Of a stretch of DNA of 64,000 nt, positions 34,867-51,690 are shown piece after piece (position 1 is the first letter of the stretch; each line of letters opens with the position of its first letter). This stretch comes from the human T2T-CHM13v2.0 reference genome, Homo sapiens, in NCBI RefSeq assembly GCF_009914755.1, contig NC_060941.1, one strand, 5' to 3'. The notes beneath the pieces are model-generated. The model did no database searches and was not told where the DNA came from. It saw nothing but the letters and a program-made list of their open reading frames with translations. A program made the position numbers and the translations under genes.

Positions 34867-37001
34867 ATAATAATAATTCTTGTCCTCTTATTTTACACTC
34901 ATAATGAGAAATCACAAGTTCTTTCTTGATGATCTGTGCTATAGATTTCTACTCTGTCTCCTCAACTCTGTTGATATTTGGGGAAAATTCTGTTTTTCAT
35001 AGATTCTTTGAGATGCTGATGGACCAGCTTCAGCATGTTTGAGGTTGTCTGAAATGGAGATCACTGTAAAACTGTCTTTTTCTTTTAAATTACAAGTACA
35101 CTGGGGTTAACTGTATTGCTGGAAAAACATCAAGAATGACAGTCTTATATTTAAGGCACCAGTCATTGTTTCCATTTTTTTTTTAATTCTTCCCTTGGAT
35201 TAATATTTTCTACTGAAAAGAAATGAAATCTCAGTTCCACTATGATAAAAGAAACGAATCACCAGTGTCTGTCAGTGCCCCCACTGCTCCTCCTCATACC
35301 AGCATTGACACTGGTAGCTGAGGAAGGGGACTGCTCAATTTCTAATGTGATCTATTCAAGAAGCCACATATAAAAAGGCATTGAGGGCTCACTGTCCAGA
35401 GAATTGCTTTTGTAAATGCTCCACAACGTATGGGCAAAAGTTTAAGGACTACTGCCTGATGTACCAGGAATCCTGAGTTCTGTGAAAATCTGTTCATTCC
35501 AAATCTGTTAAGCATTTCCAAACATCCAGAGAATGGTTTCACTGTTGAGGGTGCATGTGGCAGAATCTGTCTCTCTCTGCACCTGTCTTCTGTTACCATC
35601 CCTGGACAGTGACAGATTTTAAGCCAGCCACCAGAATTCTTTTCGAGTTAACCATTTCTTAGTTTCTGTAAATTCATGACTTGTCTTACTGAACTACAGC
35701 CTGGTTTGTAGACTTCCAACATCTACACTGCTGCTCTTCACCATTGGAATTCACTGTGGTATTTATAGTATTGGCTTCAGTCCGAGCCACAGGCAATAAA
35801 AGGATATCAGCTGTAGTTCTCAGCTACATCATGGTGTATAGATGCTGTTATTCAGGCGAACTTGCTCATGGGTGGACTAACACCTGGTTTGGTACAGAGA
35901 CTGAGAAGTTTTTCATTCTGGTGTCAAAGTTTTGTTACATTATGGGTGTGAAGGGCATTTGATATATTTTTCTTAACTATGGGGTTTATTTTTCTAAATG
36001 TGGGTTGATTGACTGTTAATTGATTCAGGGTACCCTTAAAAGAAAAGAAGTTTTCCCATTGTGAACCTTAAATGATCAGAGAAGTAAGTTCATTGATTAA
36101 ATTCTCTGTTGGGAGAACAAAACTTTTCTCCCTTGACACTTTATTATCTTTGATTTTTCAAAGGGCCTTGATTGGTGGTTGTGTCTCGGTTAAAATTTAT
36201 GGGACTTTGCTATGTAGTTGGCATTTATAAAATCTGAAGTATCATAAATAAAGTTATTTATTTAATTATACTACCAGTCTTTTTTACTGGTCTGATTCTT
36301 TTGTGCATTCATTAAAGCTGATTGTGTGAGAGTGAACTGGGACACAAGCTAGTCTAGCTCACTGCAGCCAAGCAAACCCTGTTGATGGCTGATGGGCCTT
36401 TCCATTAGGGTTTTGCTTATGTGAAGTAATGGAATTATGTTGGTTATTTTCTTTATGAAAATAAACCAGTTCTTCCAAGGAAGTTAAAAGGCTTGGTATG
36501 GATGTTGGTGTCAGATAGGTCTGACTAACCTCTCCGTGCTGCAGCCTATACTAAGGTGACCCAGGGCCACATGTAGACAGCTAGGCCAGTGCTTTTTCCT
36601 CTTAGGGTTTCTTTGCAGAAAGAAACCTCCAGCAAGGGAAGAGAGGTGTGTGTCCACAGGAAGGGGCTCCGTGGGGATCCCATGAAGGGATTTGAGCTCT
36701 TTCAGCTCCATGTCATTTAACTTTTTTGTTTAACCACCTTGGCTTTCTCTCCTTTTTTGCTGTCCTCCTTACGGACCAGTTACCAGATTCAGAGGCTAAC
36801 AGTTAGTTACTTGTTAATGCTAGTCACAGCCAGGAGGTCAGAAGGAATTTTCTACTTCTGGATCCAAATGTTACCTCTTAGGGGAAGTTATGCCCCCTCA
36901 ACTATTGTCTTATTATAATGAATCTTTCCTTTTTGGTCCTTTTAAGTAACCACTCAAAACTTTTCATTTCACTGAAAAAATATGAAAAACCATGACAATA
37001 G

Positions 37002-37128
37002 GGCTGGGTGCAGTGGCTCACGCCTGTAATCTTAGCACTTTGGGAGACCAAGGCAGGCGGATCGTTTGAGGCCAGGAGTTTGAGACCAGCCTGGGCAATG
37101 TAGCAAGACTCTGTCTCTGCAAAAAAAA
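37002..37128 (+). mobile_element. Alu left monomer (FLAM-like) in the GOSR1 3' UTR
   Basis: ggctgggtgcagtggctcacgcctgtaatc...gtctctgcaaaaaaaa. Confidence 0.88.
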
Positions 37129-37712
37129 TTAAAAGATACCTGAGAGCTCACTTTAATATCAAGGTATTTGCATCCATTCCCACCCTGTTAGCTCTTAAGG
37201 GAGGAGGGAAATCAATTCCAACCATACTTTCCTGTGATGGAAGATGTTTCCTCTTGAAAAAATGCCAATACAGATTTTTAAAACCTATTGTTTTCCAAAT
37301 GCACTTTGTAAGTTTTTGCTTTTAAAATAGCTTCTTGGAACCAATTTTATTGTATTTGTACTTAATTTTTGTTCTCATCTAAATGTGCATTTTCTGACTG
37401 TATAGAAGAAGCTTTGGTATGTAATTTAATAATAAATTAGAAATCTAAATGATTGCATTTGTAATTGTTTATATTGAAACAGTAACCATCAAGGTAGTTT
37501 GGGGATAGAGATTATGGTATCTCTGGTGTTGATAAGTGTTTCTCATGATGTCCTGAAACCCAGGATGAAATAATACAGGTGCTGAAAAGCTGTCACATGT
37601 CATTCAGAAACCATCATATGAACAGTCCACTAGTATTTTAGCCCTAGAAGTGAAGGGGAATCTCTTAACATGAAACTTCAGGAGGCATAATGGGAATCTA
37701 CAATTGTAGAAT

Positions 37713-37995
37713 TGGCTGGGTGCAGTGGCTAACACCTGTAATCCCAGCAGTTCGAGAGGCCGAGGCAGGAGGATTGCTTGAGACCAGGGATTTGAGACCA
37801 GTCTGGGCAACACAGCAAAGACCTTGTCTCTACAAAAACTAAAATTAGCCATTCATGATGGTGTGCACCTATAGTCCCAGCTACTCGGAAGGCTGAGGTA
37901 GGAGGATCATGAGCCCAGGAGGTCAAGGCTGCAGTAAGCAACGATTGTGCCACTGTACTCCAGCCTGGGTGACAGAGACCCTGTCTCAAAAATAA
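37713..37995 (+). mobile_element. AluJ-like
   Basis: Full sense dimer. Confidence 0.92.
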
Positions 37996-38524
37996 ATTAA
38001 TTTTTTAAAAATCGTGTACTGCTGGGCTTTAGTACATTAGTTGTGCAACCAGCCCCACTGTCTAATTTTAGAGCTTTGCAATTAATCCAGCCAGTGATCA
38101 ATTCCTCTTCTATAAAATGGTGATAAGGATGGCTACCATAATTGTGCCCTGATTATATTGTCAGGGTTATGTGAGGAAATGCTCATAAGCATCTCAGCAA
38201 AGCCAGGGGTACAGGGCTCACCTGACATAAGAGATATCCTTGGGTTTGTCCTAATAGCGAGAAACCGGGCCTCTTTTGCCTCTTTTTTTCCCTCTTGCTG
38301 ATGTGGGAGAGGAGAGAACATTCAAGAGGTGATCAGCAGACATCCTTAATTTTGATAAAGGCAGCTGAGCGGGGAAATATAAGGTCGGTTCTGTGTAGAT
38401 AGACAGGTGGAACCCAGCAATCAGTTTAACCAGCCTCCAAGCGGTTCTGATGCATGCCAGAGGTGGAGAACCACGCTCTATAAGTACACACATTCTATTT
38501 AGTCATTCCATTCTAGACCGATAG

Positions 38525-40299
<1,775 letters not shown>

Positions 40300-40403
40300 C
40301 AATCCTGTTAATGTTTCAGTACTGCTCCACCTGTCTGCCCTCCAGGCTGGTGCTGGCCTCTGGGATGGAGGAGCTTCAGGTATACTTGGAGAAAGAACCC
40401 CAG
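40300..40403 (+). pseudogene. ALOX12P1: ALOX12-like exon 6, 3' part
   Basis: STCLPSRLVLASGMEELQVYLEKEPQ|gt compared with ALOX12 [26 protein letters not shown]. Confidence 0.85.
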
Positions 40404-40945
40404 GTGTCTCCTCCAACCCTTCATGTTCTCTCCTTGACTGTGGCAAGGAGAGGTGGGAAGGGAAGAGACCAAATAGGAGTCAGAGGAAAGGAGGCTGCAG
40501 TAACCCACTGCACCTTGGTACAGGGTCCTGTGCTGGAGAAATCTAGAGATGATAAAATATGTAAGGAAAAAAACACAAGGCTGGTTACAATCATACTGGG
40601 TAGCAGACAATGGGATGTAAAGGAGAAAGAGGCCTGGACACTTGGGCAAGAAGAGAGCTTAGTATGCATGGATTGGACAGGACTGGTCCTAAAACTACCT
40701 TCATCACAAAAAAGCTGCATGTCCCTGGAGAAGACTCCCCTCATTGGGCCTCTTTCCTCACCGTGAAATGAGAGGACTTGGACCTGATGCTCTGGATGCT
40801 TCCTTCAGCTCTGCCACTAGGACACTGGTACTGATGGAGGATGATGGCAAGAAGCTAGGTTGAATGTAAGTGACTTGCCCTTTGCCCTGTCCCTCCAGGT
40901 GTAGTCTTTGAACTCTAACCATCCACGCACTCTTCCTTTCCACAG

Positions 40946-41089
40946 AACAGATCCCTGTTTCAGGCTGACTTCATCCCGCTGGATGGAATTCCAGCCAATG
41001 TGATCCAAAGAGGGAAGCAGTACCAGGCTGCAGCCCTCGTCATGCTGAAGATGGAGCCTCCTGGGAAGCTGCTACCCATGGTCATCCAG
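40946..41089 (+). pseudogene. ALOX12P1: ALOX12-like exon 7 (144 nt, open, intact AG/GT)
   Basis: [48 protein letters not shown]. Confidence 0.92.
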
Positions 41090-41741
41090 GTGAGGGCCCT
41101 GGACCTCCCTGCCTACACTGTGCTCTGTTCATTTTAACCTCTGCTCCCAGGGACCCAGCCTCCTGCCTTTTGGCTCCCAAAGCTACCCCCACTCAGCAGG
41201 TCCAGTCCTTGTGTTCAGCCACCCAGTGACTGCTTGCTGTCTTGTCCTTCCTCACCTGGAACTACCTTCTGAGAGTCATAACGGCATCTCTTGGTTCTCA
41301 TCCTGAGGCTACTCAACCTCTTTGTGACCTTTGAATCTATTGAACATTCCCTCTTTCTTAAACATGTTTTCTCCTTTTGGTTTTAATGATTTTTTTTTCA
41401 CTCCTATTGTTCACACAGTGAGTGGACAGGGATTGTCAGTTATCTCATACATCCAGCTTCTCCTTCTCATTCCACTATCCTGACTCAGACCCTCATGACA
41501 TTTCTCCCAAAGCACTGTTAGCCTTACTTGGCTTCCTTCTACCATTCTCTCCTGCACTTAACCTATCATTGTATTCACAGGGCACCACAGATAGTGAGAG
41601 GCAGGGTGGAGGGGTCTTCATTCTTCATACTACCTGGAAGGCAATAATCTTACATTAGCCATATGTTCCCCCCGGAACACTCAGCATAGCATCATCCATA
41701 TGGGGAGAGGTGAATAAATGCTTAATTCTTCCTCCTTCTGG

Positions 41742-41950
41742 CTTCACCCTCCCAGCTTCAGCTCTCCCACCCCAATACTGTTCCTGCCCTCAAATCCTTT
41801 GCTTGCCTGGCTCCTGGCTAAATCCTGGATCTGAAACTCCGATTCCAACTGCACAAGCTCCGATACTATTTGCTGAACACTCATCTCGTAGCTGAAGTCA
41901 TTGCTATTGTCACCATAATGTGCCTCCCACGTTTGCGCCCTGTCTTCAAG
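41742..41950 (+). pseudogene. ALOX12P1: ALOX12-like exon 8 (acceptor GG, TGA at 41832, 1-nt deletion)
   Basis: [60 protein letters not shown]|gt. Confidence 0.92.
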
Positions 41951-42442
41951 GTACAAGCTCCACCACTCTCCGTGTCCCAAAGCAACAACCCAACAGCTGC
42001 CTAGTTTTAAAGAAATCTGAGGCACCTGGGACAACATGTAAACAGAGCTGCTTGAAATTTCACAAACATCCATATGATATTACAGCAGAGAATCTTCATG
42101 GCAATTTGTAAATGGAGGCGAGAGGAGATGGATAATTGAGCCAGGGCCTTCAGCCTTGTGATTGTACTTTTAATGTCTAAATTAATTTAATGTAAGCTAA
42201 TTATAGACTCACAGGCAGTTGTTAGAAATACTAAAGAGATCCCATCTATCCCATTAAGTCAAGTCACTTAGCATTTATCCAGTACATACTGTAGGGTGGT
42301 TCTCTGAAATTCTCTAGTAGTGGGTCTTGAGTAGAGTAGGAATACAAATATATTAAGCAAAAGTGTTGCATCTGCATTGGGAGATTTATCATTTATCATG
42401 AAAGACAGGCAGTACATATGAGAAAAAAACAAAACAGTATCT

Positions 42443-42841
42443 GTGATATGGTTTGGATGTTTTCCCTCCACTTCTCATGTTGAAGTGTAATCCCCAGTGT
42501 TGGACGCAGGGCCTGGTGGAAGGTGTTTGGGTCATGGCTTCATGCTGTCCTCCTGATAATGAGTGAGTTCTCACTCTGAATTCACACGAGATCTGGTTGT
42601 TTAAAAGAGATCTTGCTCTTGCTCTTGCTCTCCTGCTCCCTCTCTCCATGTGACGTGCCTGCTCTGCTCCCCCTTCACCCTCCACCATGATTGAAAGCTT
42701 CCTGAAGCCTCACTAGAAGCTAAGCGATGCCAACATGCTTCCTGTACAGTCTGCAGAACCATGAGCCACTTAAACCTCTTTTCTTAGTAAATTTTCCCGT
42801 CTCAGATAATCCCTCATAGCAATGCAAAACAGACTACCACA
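42443..42841 (+). mobile_element. MST-type MaLR solo LTR
   Basis: tgatatggtttgg start, and aaacctcttttc...atagcaatgcaaaacagacta end. Confidence 0.85.
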
Positions 42842-44308
42842 ATCTAGAAACAGAGTTTGAGATGAAGAGAAATAGCTGTAATCACTATAGTATCTATGGA
42901 GAATGTTCCACCACAAGTGGGGAGTCTTTAGGTAGAAGACCAAAGGGCAAGGCGAGCAGCCCAGCGGGTTTCTCATACCTGACTAAGGAGAGAGGTAGAT
43001 AAAGACATTAGCATGGCAGTGACAGGAGGATGGAAGAGAAAAATCAAATACGTGGTGATGGGGGAAGAGTAGCTGCAGCATGCCTGTGTCCAAGATGGAA
43101 TGGAGATGTAAGCTTCCTCAACACCTAGGAGCCTACGGGGGGCATGTTGTACTTCCCTAGAAATACTAACATTTTACAAAACAGTGAGTCTACTATCTAT
43201 TGCGAGGCAGAAAGCAGCAAAGTAAAACTTGTGCTTGCTTAAACATGTTTTCAAAATCTTTATGACATTTTATATATAGAAAAAGGGAGAAAAATGATAT
43301 AAGCTTATGAACCAGAGCAGTGGTCAGAAACAGTAAAGTCAGGAGAAGGAGGCAGTTTCGGGGACAAAGATGAGGTGTTCTGTTTTAGATGCATGGAGTT
43401 CGAAGAGTTGGCAAGATATGCAAGTGAGCGCCTGGCAGGCAGGACAGCTGGATTGTGTTTCTGCTGCTGGTCACCACCTCCACCCCCAAATCTGGCTATT
43501 ACTAGTTGTGGTCCCTCTGGGTCTGAGAGAACATAGATAAGGTAGGCATTAATATACTTTATGGAATCTTAGACTTGATTGCGTTCATGCTGCCTTTGCC
43601 TCACCACCTGGTGCCCAGGTTGAATAGGTTAAGCCCACTCTCACATCTCAGAATCCCCCTTCACTAGTTCAGCCCTCTGTTCACTCATCTCCCTCGCATA
43701 ACCACTTCCTCCTATGGCAAACAGCTGAGTTGTTGTCAAGACACAGAGGAGGGCTAAGCCCACAAATATCATAAAAGTGACCTGTGCAGGCTCTGGACTC
43801 AGACTGTTGGAGTCTGAGTCCTCAGTACTTAACAGGTGTGTGTTTCAGGGTCCTCATCTCTGAATGGAGATAACAGAATTTCCATTGTGAGGTTGTTAAG
43901 GGATTAAACGACAGGACAGGCAGTGTGACTCAGGATAAATAGGAGCGATAGGTGAGTCTTTCCTATTACTATGTAGCAATATGTTATTATTGTTAGTTGT
44001 TTATCCTTGGGTATGTTGTTATTATTTTTTATTCTTTTTTTTACCTTCAGCCAACTCACTCCATGTTGTTGTTATTAGTTGCTTATCCTGGGTATCTACC
44101 CACTTCATCTGGACTTTGGGTTTTCTATGACATTCACCATCTTTCCATGGAGTTTTCCAGGTTCAAGCCAACGTGAGCTGCTTTGATATCTTTGCCTCAA
44201 GAGTATTCTTTGGGCCGGTCCCGTGTGTCCGGCATTAAAGACCTTAGATAGATACCAATGGCATAAATCCTGCATATGAACCAGTTGAAAATGAAAACAA
44301 AATAGTTC

Positions 44309-44611
44309 TTTTTTTGTTTTTTTAGAGACAGGGTATTGCTCTGTCACGTAGGCTGGAGTGCAGTGGCACAATCACAGCTCACTGCAGCTTCAGCTTCCTG
44401 GGCTCAAGAGATCCTCCTGCCTCAGTCTCCTGAGTAGCTTAGTCTAGACATACACCACTACACCTGTGTACCTGGCTAATTTTTAACTTTAATTAGGGAC
44501 AGAGGCTTGCTGTGTTGCCTAGGCTGGTCTCGAACTTCTGGCCTCAAGTGATCCTCTGCCCTGGCCTCCCAAAGAACTGGGATTATAGGTGTGAGCCACC
44601 ATGTTTGGCCC
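44309..44611 (-). mobile_element. AluJ-like
   Basis: Antisense dimer flanked by caaaatag/ccaaatag. Confidence 0.9.
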
Positions 44612-45373
44612 CAAATAGGTTAAGAATAAAAAAATGAATGCGAGAATCAGGGACCCCTTTTTTAAGAGTCAAAGAAAAGCAGGAAAGAGGAAACCTAATA
44701 GTATCTAACTGGGGGCCAGGGAAGATTTGATGAGAATAGCTTGGCTTTGCTCCATGAATTCTGACTGAAGCCACCGTACTCAACACCACTTCAATATAAA
44801 CAATAAGAGTAAGATGATCAGAGATTGGAGGAACAGCTTTGAAAATAAGCAGAGGCTAGTTTAAGCTATAAGGATGTGAATGATGGAGGAGGTATATAAA
44901 AAATCAAACGTTAAGGGGCTGATTCTTAAAGGGCAGCTGTACTCAAGGTGGAAATAATAGAGGTAATGATAACAGCTGCTATTTGAGGACTTGTGTACCC
45001 AAGGCACTGTGCTAAAAATGCTCTCTGTACATCACGGACATAAACATAACGACAGTGCCTGAAATAAGAGACCTGGTTATCACCTCCCACTGACAGATAA
45101 GGAGATTGACACTGGGAGAGTTTATTATATCGCCAAGTATCGAAATTAGAGGTGAACATGGACTCAAATCCAGGTCAGTCTGACTCTGGGGCATTACGCA
45201 CAAGGAAGTCGGAGAGCGCGAGCGTGAGTGTCAGGGCAGCAGCAGACCAGTCTGTCAAGGCAGCAGCGGGGAGGAAAGCATCGAGAGGAGAAGGCTCCAT
45301 GCTGTGTAATGGGCCCTCCCAGGAACGAGCCAAGCATGGTCTCCACCCACCACCCCTCCAATCTCCTCGCCAG

Positions 45374-45460
45374 CTCCTGATCTCCCATATCTACTACATC
45401 ATGGAAATCAACATCTGGACCTGATCCCAACACATCTCAGATGGTGGAATATTTGCTAGG
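45374..45460 (+). pseudogene. ALOX12P1: ALOX12-like exon 9 (87 nt, in-frame TGA)
   Basis: cag|[28 protein letters not shown]|gtaag. Confidence 0.9.
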
Positions 45461-45697
45461 GTAAGAAGGGAATGGGGCATGAGGCCACCTAATCATCCAA
45501 CAATCTCTGTCCTGCCAGCTTCAAGATCTCCCAGGCCAACCTGTGTGAACGTCCTGAAGCTTAAGCCCCTGAGCCCTATCCCTTTTATAGCCATGACTTT
45601 AAATATGAAAACCCCACCTCTGAACCCCCTTTATAGCATGTCCTCATTCTCCAGCTGTGCTCCCATCCCTCAAGACCTGTCATCTCTCTTGTCCCAG

Positions 45698-45866
45698 GCA
45701 GTGAGCACAGGTGGAGGGGGCCATGTGCAGTTGCTCCATTGGGCAGCGGCTCAGCTGACCTGCTGCTCCCTCTGTTGTCCTGATGACCTGGCTGCCTGTG
45801 GCCTGCTGGGACTCCCACGTGCTGTCCATACCCATGATGCTTTAGGCCCTGGGAGATTATTACCCA
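45698..45866 (+). pseudogene. ALOX12P1: ALOX12-like exon 10 (1-nt deletion near the 3' end)
   Basis: [53 protein letters not shown]. Confidence 0.92.
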
Positions 45867-46005
45867 GTAGGATGTCCTGAAGGCACGTCTTGTGAGGTCT
45901 ATCCAGATATACTGAAAGCATTGGGCAGATGTCACAGAAAGAGGAGGAGAGGTCAGAGGCCGGGCCTCCTGCTCTCCGAGGCTCAGCGCCTTCTCCCCTG
46001 GGCAG

Positions 46006-46124
46006 GTGTGTGGAGATCGTCCACCTCTTCCACCAAAGGGATGACACGGTGAGGGTGGACCCTGAGCTGCAGGCCTGGGATCAGGAGATCATGGAGGTGG
46101 GGCTGTGCCAGGCCCAGGACCGAG
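46006..46124 (+). pseudogene. ALOX12P1: ALOX12-like exon 11
   Basis: cag|[39 protein letters not shown]|gtaag. Confidence 0.92.
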
Positions 46125-47061
46125 GTAAGATCTGTCCCAGAGATAGGAGCTCCTGGGAGACTCTGCCAGGGACCCTTCCCAGTGCTGCCCTTCTGGGGAC
46201 AGGACCCCACCCTCTCCTCACACCTCCCTTCCTCCACACAGGAGAGCATCTGCATCCCATTCCCACCTCCCCAGACTCAGGACACTTCTAGAGACCTGAG
46301 GACTGTCCTCCTCGGAGACCCTGGCCATCAACCCTACCCCCACCCCACCCCAGTCACAGATGCCCCTGAGCTGCCATATCCTGGGGCCCAACCAGGCCAG
46401 AGCCACAGCTGTGAGGGGGTCTGCCGGTCCCTGCTGGGGCTCATGTTCTCACTTCACGTTTGTCTGCTTTTTACCTAAGGATGCAAACAGGGAGATTTTC
46501 CCTTCCAAAGCTCAGAGTGACCTACCTTGGCTTTCCCTCCCTTCCCCTCCTGCCTGCTACTGTCCAGCACACACGAAGGGCACAGACCTGCTGCACCCTC
46601 GCAGCAGTGCAAGGCCAGCTCTAGAGGCCATCTCAATACTGTATATGCTTTGGCTCCAACCTGAACTCAATGCCCTGACGCTTGGGTCAGTCCCTTCCCT
46701 AGGATCTAGCTGCTACCTTTTGTCCCCGCCCACTGCATTTTTATTTATGGAGAAGACATAGCCTTTCTTGGGCCCTTCCCAGGTTCATTTTCCTCTCTCT
46801 CGCACACATGGGCCAGCCAGGATTGTTTCAGGTCATCCTTCAGCTTCTCTCCCTTCATCCTTCAGAGCAACACCTTGAGTCCCACCCTTTGCCTGTGTGG
46901 GAAAACGCAAACACCCACTGGCCAGGCCCCGGGGACGCCCATATCAATAAATTAACCCCTGCCTTAAAGGGGAGTCTTGCCCTGGAGGACCTGGGGCTAC
47001 ACCACCTTACCCATCCCACCCCACCCTTTGGGCCCTTCAAGAACCAAACTTTCTCCATATA

Positions 47062-47710
47062 TTTTTTTTTTAATTGATCATTCTTGGGTGTTTCTCGCAG
47101 AGGGGGATTTGGCAGGGTCATAGGACAATAGCGGAGGGAAGGTCAGCAGATAAACAAGTGAACAAGGGTCTCTGATTTTCCTAGGCAGAGGACCCTGCGG
47201 CCTTCCGCAGTGTTTGTGTCCCTGGGTACTTGAGATTAGGGAGTGGTGATGACTCTTAAGGAGCATGCTGCTGCCTTCAAGCATCTGTTTAACAAAGCAC
47301 ATCTTGCACCGCCCTTAATCCATTTAACCCTGAGTGGACACAGCACATGTTTCGGAGAGCACCGGGTTGGGGGTAAGGTCATAGATCAACAGGATCCCAA
47401 GGCAGAAGAACTTTTCTTAGTACAGAACAAAATGGAGTCTCCTATGTCCACTTCTTTCTACACAGACACAGCAACAATCTGATTTCTCTATCTTTTCCCC
47501 ACATTTCCCCCTTTTCTATTCGACAAAACCGCCATCGTCATCATGGCCCGTTCTCAATGAGCTGCTGGGTACACCTCCCAGACGGGGTGGTGGCCGGGCA
47601 GAGGGGCTCCTCACTTCCCAGAAGGGGCGGCCGGGCAGAGGCACCCCCCACCTCCCTCCCGGACGGGGCGGCTGGCCGGGGGGGGGCTGCCCCCCCCACC
47701 TCCCTCCCGG
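47062..47710 (-). mobile_element. 5'-truncated SVA (SINE-R plus part of the VNTR), antisense
   Basis: Reverse complement of the SINE-R in the first SVA (ttgatcattcttgggtgtttctcgcagagg...). Ends in VNTR units and abuts an Alu tail. Confidence 0.95.
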
Positions 47711-47712
47711 AG

Positions 47713-47949
<237 letters not shown>

Positions 47950-48179
47950 ACTTTCTCGAGTTTTCTAGGTTCTTTCTTTTAGGCAACCCATGCCCCAAAA
48001 GACCATTATTTTTCTCCTTGGCTCTCTTCTCCCCATGAAATAGCCACATTAGAGATTGTACAATACATATTTACACATAAACTTTAACCTCTCATTCCCC
48101 ATTTCTCTTGCGCCATATTCAATACTCTTTTTACCTCACCATTCTGTCATCACCTGAGGAAAAGGCAATGTGCTAATTT

Positions 48180-49408
48180 TCTTTAAATTTAACTTTTATT
48201 TTTAAGTTCAGGGGTACCTGTGCAGGTTTGTTATATAGGTAAACTTTTGTCACAGGGGTTTGTTATATAGATGATTTTGTCACCCAGGTATTAAGCCTAG
48301 TACCCATTAGTTATTTTTCCTGATCCTCTCCCTCCTCCCATCCTCCACTTTCCCATAGGCCCCAGTGTCTGTTGTTCCCCTCTATGTGTCCATGTGTTCT
48401 TGTCATTTAGCTCCCACTTTAAGTATTTGTTTTGTTCCCACGTTAGTTTGCTAAGGATAGTGGCCTCCAGCTCCATTCATGTTCCTGCAAAGGACATGAT
48501 CTTGTTCTTTTTTATGGCTGCATAGTAGTCCATGGTGTATCTGTACCACATTCTCTTTATTCAGCCTACCATTGATAGGCATTTAGGATGATTCCATGTC
48601 TTTGCTATTGTGAATAGAGCTGCAGTGAACATAGGCATGCATGTGTCTTTATGATGGAATAATTTATATTCCTTTAGGTATATACCCAGCAATGGGGTTG
48701 CTGGGTCAAATGGTATTTCTTTTGTTAGGTCTTTGAGGAATTGCTGCACTGTCTTCCACAGTGGTTGAACTGATTTACACTCCCACCAATGGTGTATAAG
48801 CTTTCTTTTTTTCTCCACAACCTTGCCACCGTCTGTTATTTTTTGACTTTTTAATAGTAGCCATTCTGACTGGTGTGAGATGGTATCTCATTGTAGTTTC
48901 GATTTGCATTTCTCTAATGATCATTGATGTTGAGCTTTTTTTCATATGATTGTTGGCTGCATGTATTGTCTTATTTTGAAAAGTGTCTGTTTGTGTCCTT
49001 TGCCCACTTTTTAATGGGGTTGCTTTTTGCTTATAAATTTAAGTTTCTTGTAGACGCCAGACATTAGATCTTTGTCAGATACATAGTTTGCAAAAATTTT
49101 CTCCCATTCTGTAGGTTGTCTCTTCACTCTATTAATAGTTTCTTTTGCTGTGCAGAGGCTCTTTAGTTTAATTAGATCCTGTTTGTCAATTTTTGCTTTT
49201 GTTGCAATTGCTTCGGTGTCTTCATCATGAAATCTTTGCCCATTCCTATGCCCAGAATGGTATTGCCTAGGTTGTCTTCCAGCATTGTTATAGTTCGGGG
49301 TTTTACGTTTAAGTCTTTAATTCGTCTTGAGTAAATTTTTGTGTATGGTGTAAGGAATAGATCTAGTTTCAATCTTCTGCATATGGCTAGCCAGTTATCC
49401 CAGCACCA
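48180..49408 (-). mobile_element. L1PA/L1PB 3' end, antisense
   Basis: ORF2 C-terminal peptides HHWWECKSVQPLWKTV and [16 protein letters not shown]. Confidence 0.92.
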
Positions 49409-50574
49409 GCCAAGTGGTTTTTTCATCCCCGCTATGTTCAATTCAAATTTATTTAACCATGGAACAATTATTTTATTTTTATTTTTATTTTACCGTAATA
49501 TTTTACCAAACAAATACTGTCAATTGAAAGGAGCATTTAACAGAGCATGCATGTCAGATTTATTTGAGGAAATTTGAAAACAAATACGTATATACGTCTC
49601 TCAGCTTCCATTGATGGGAGTAGAAGAAGGAAGTAAATGATATCAAAGACACTTAGAAATTATCCGGTAAACCAGCAATTCCAATGAAATCTACGTAACA
49701 GTAATGGCACAGTCCTGACACATGAATCACAAACTTGCATGGGACTTCAAATGGTAGCACTTAGGTGATGATCCTTTAAATGAACAATAGCTACCTAATT
49801 TTATTATATTTTACTCAGATTTCTTTCCTTTGTGTCTATCATCTAGAAAATACAAACCAATATAAGCCACTACAATATACATATGATTAATAAGGTAGAC
49901 CTTCCAGTCTATAATGGCAAGGATCAGTGTTTTGAATAGTAAAGAGCAAAGTGGCTAATATTTCTCACTTATCACTTGAAGGGGCTTGGTTCATGCGGGT
50001 TCTACAGGACTCATCTTTCTCTACATTGTTCATTTTCAACTAGGAATGAGTGTCACTTACTGAGATTTAAAATTTTTCTTTTAAGGACTAGGATGGTCCT
50101 CTTTTTGGCTAAGTGACCTTGAGCAAGCTATTTAATCTCTGAGTTCTGGTTTCCTTATCTCTAAAATGGATGTATTGCATGCCCCCCCCCACCACACACA
50201 CACACATTCAGATTTTTGAGACCAAATAAATAATGAACGTGACATTGTTGAAGTGTGGGTAGTACAGTTGGCATAAGATGATTGTTATCATATGCCCCAC
50301 TCTACAAAAACTACCTCCCCAATACGCATGTGGAGTAGGAGAGCCCAGGCCCTGCCACATGATGGACGTCATTAAATTCTCTGATGCCCATCTCACATGT
50401 AAATTGAGTGGAATGGAATAGTTGATTTCCAGTTTCCTTACTGTCTTTGACATGAGTCTAGGACCTCTCTATTTCTCTACATTATAATCCAGATACCTAA
50501 AACCACTGCCTAAAACCTCCTGGGAATAGGAGGGCATGCTTCGGTATTCTTAACTACTTTGGGTGTCAGAGACA

Positions 50575-51690
<1,116 letters not shown>

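Larger units (their letters stand above)
33017..37455 (+). other. GOSR1: GOSR1 3' UTR with alternative poly(A) signals
   Basis: AATAAA at 33428, 36247, 36460 and 37431, and ATTAAA at the SVA end (about 34850). The end is inferred from the 37431 signal followed by a U/GU-rich sequence. Confidence 0.6.
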
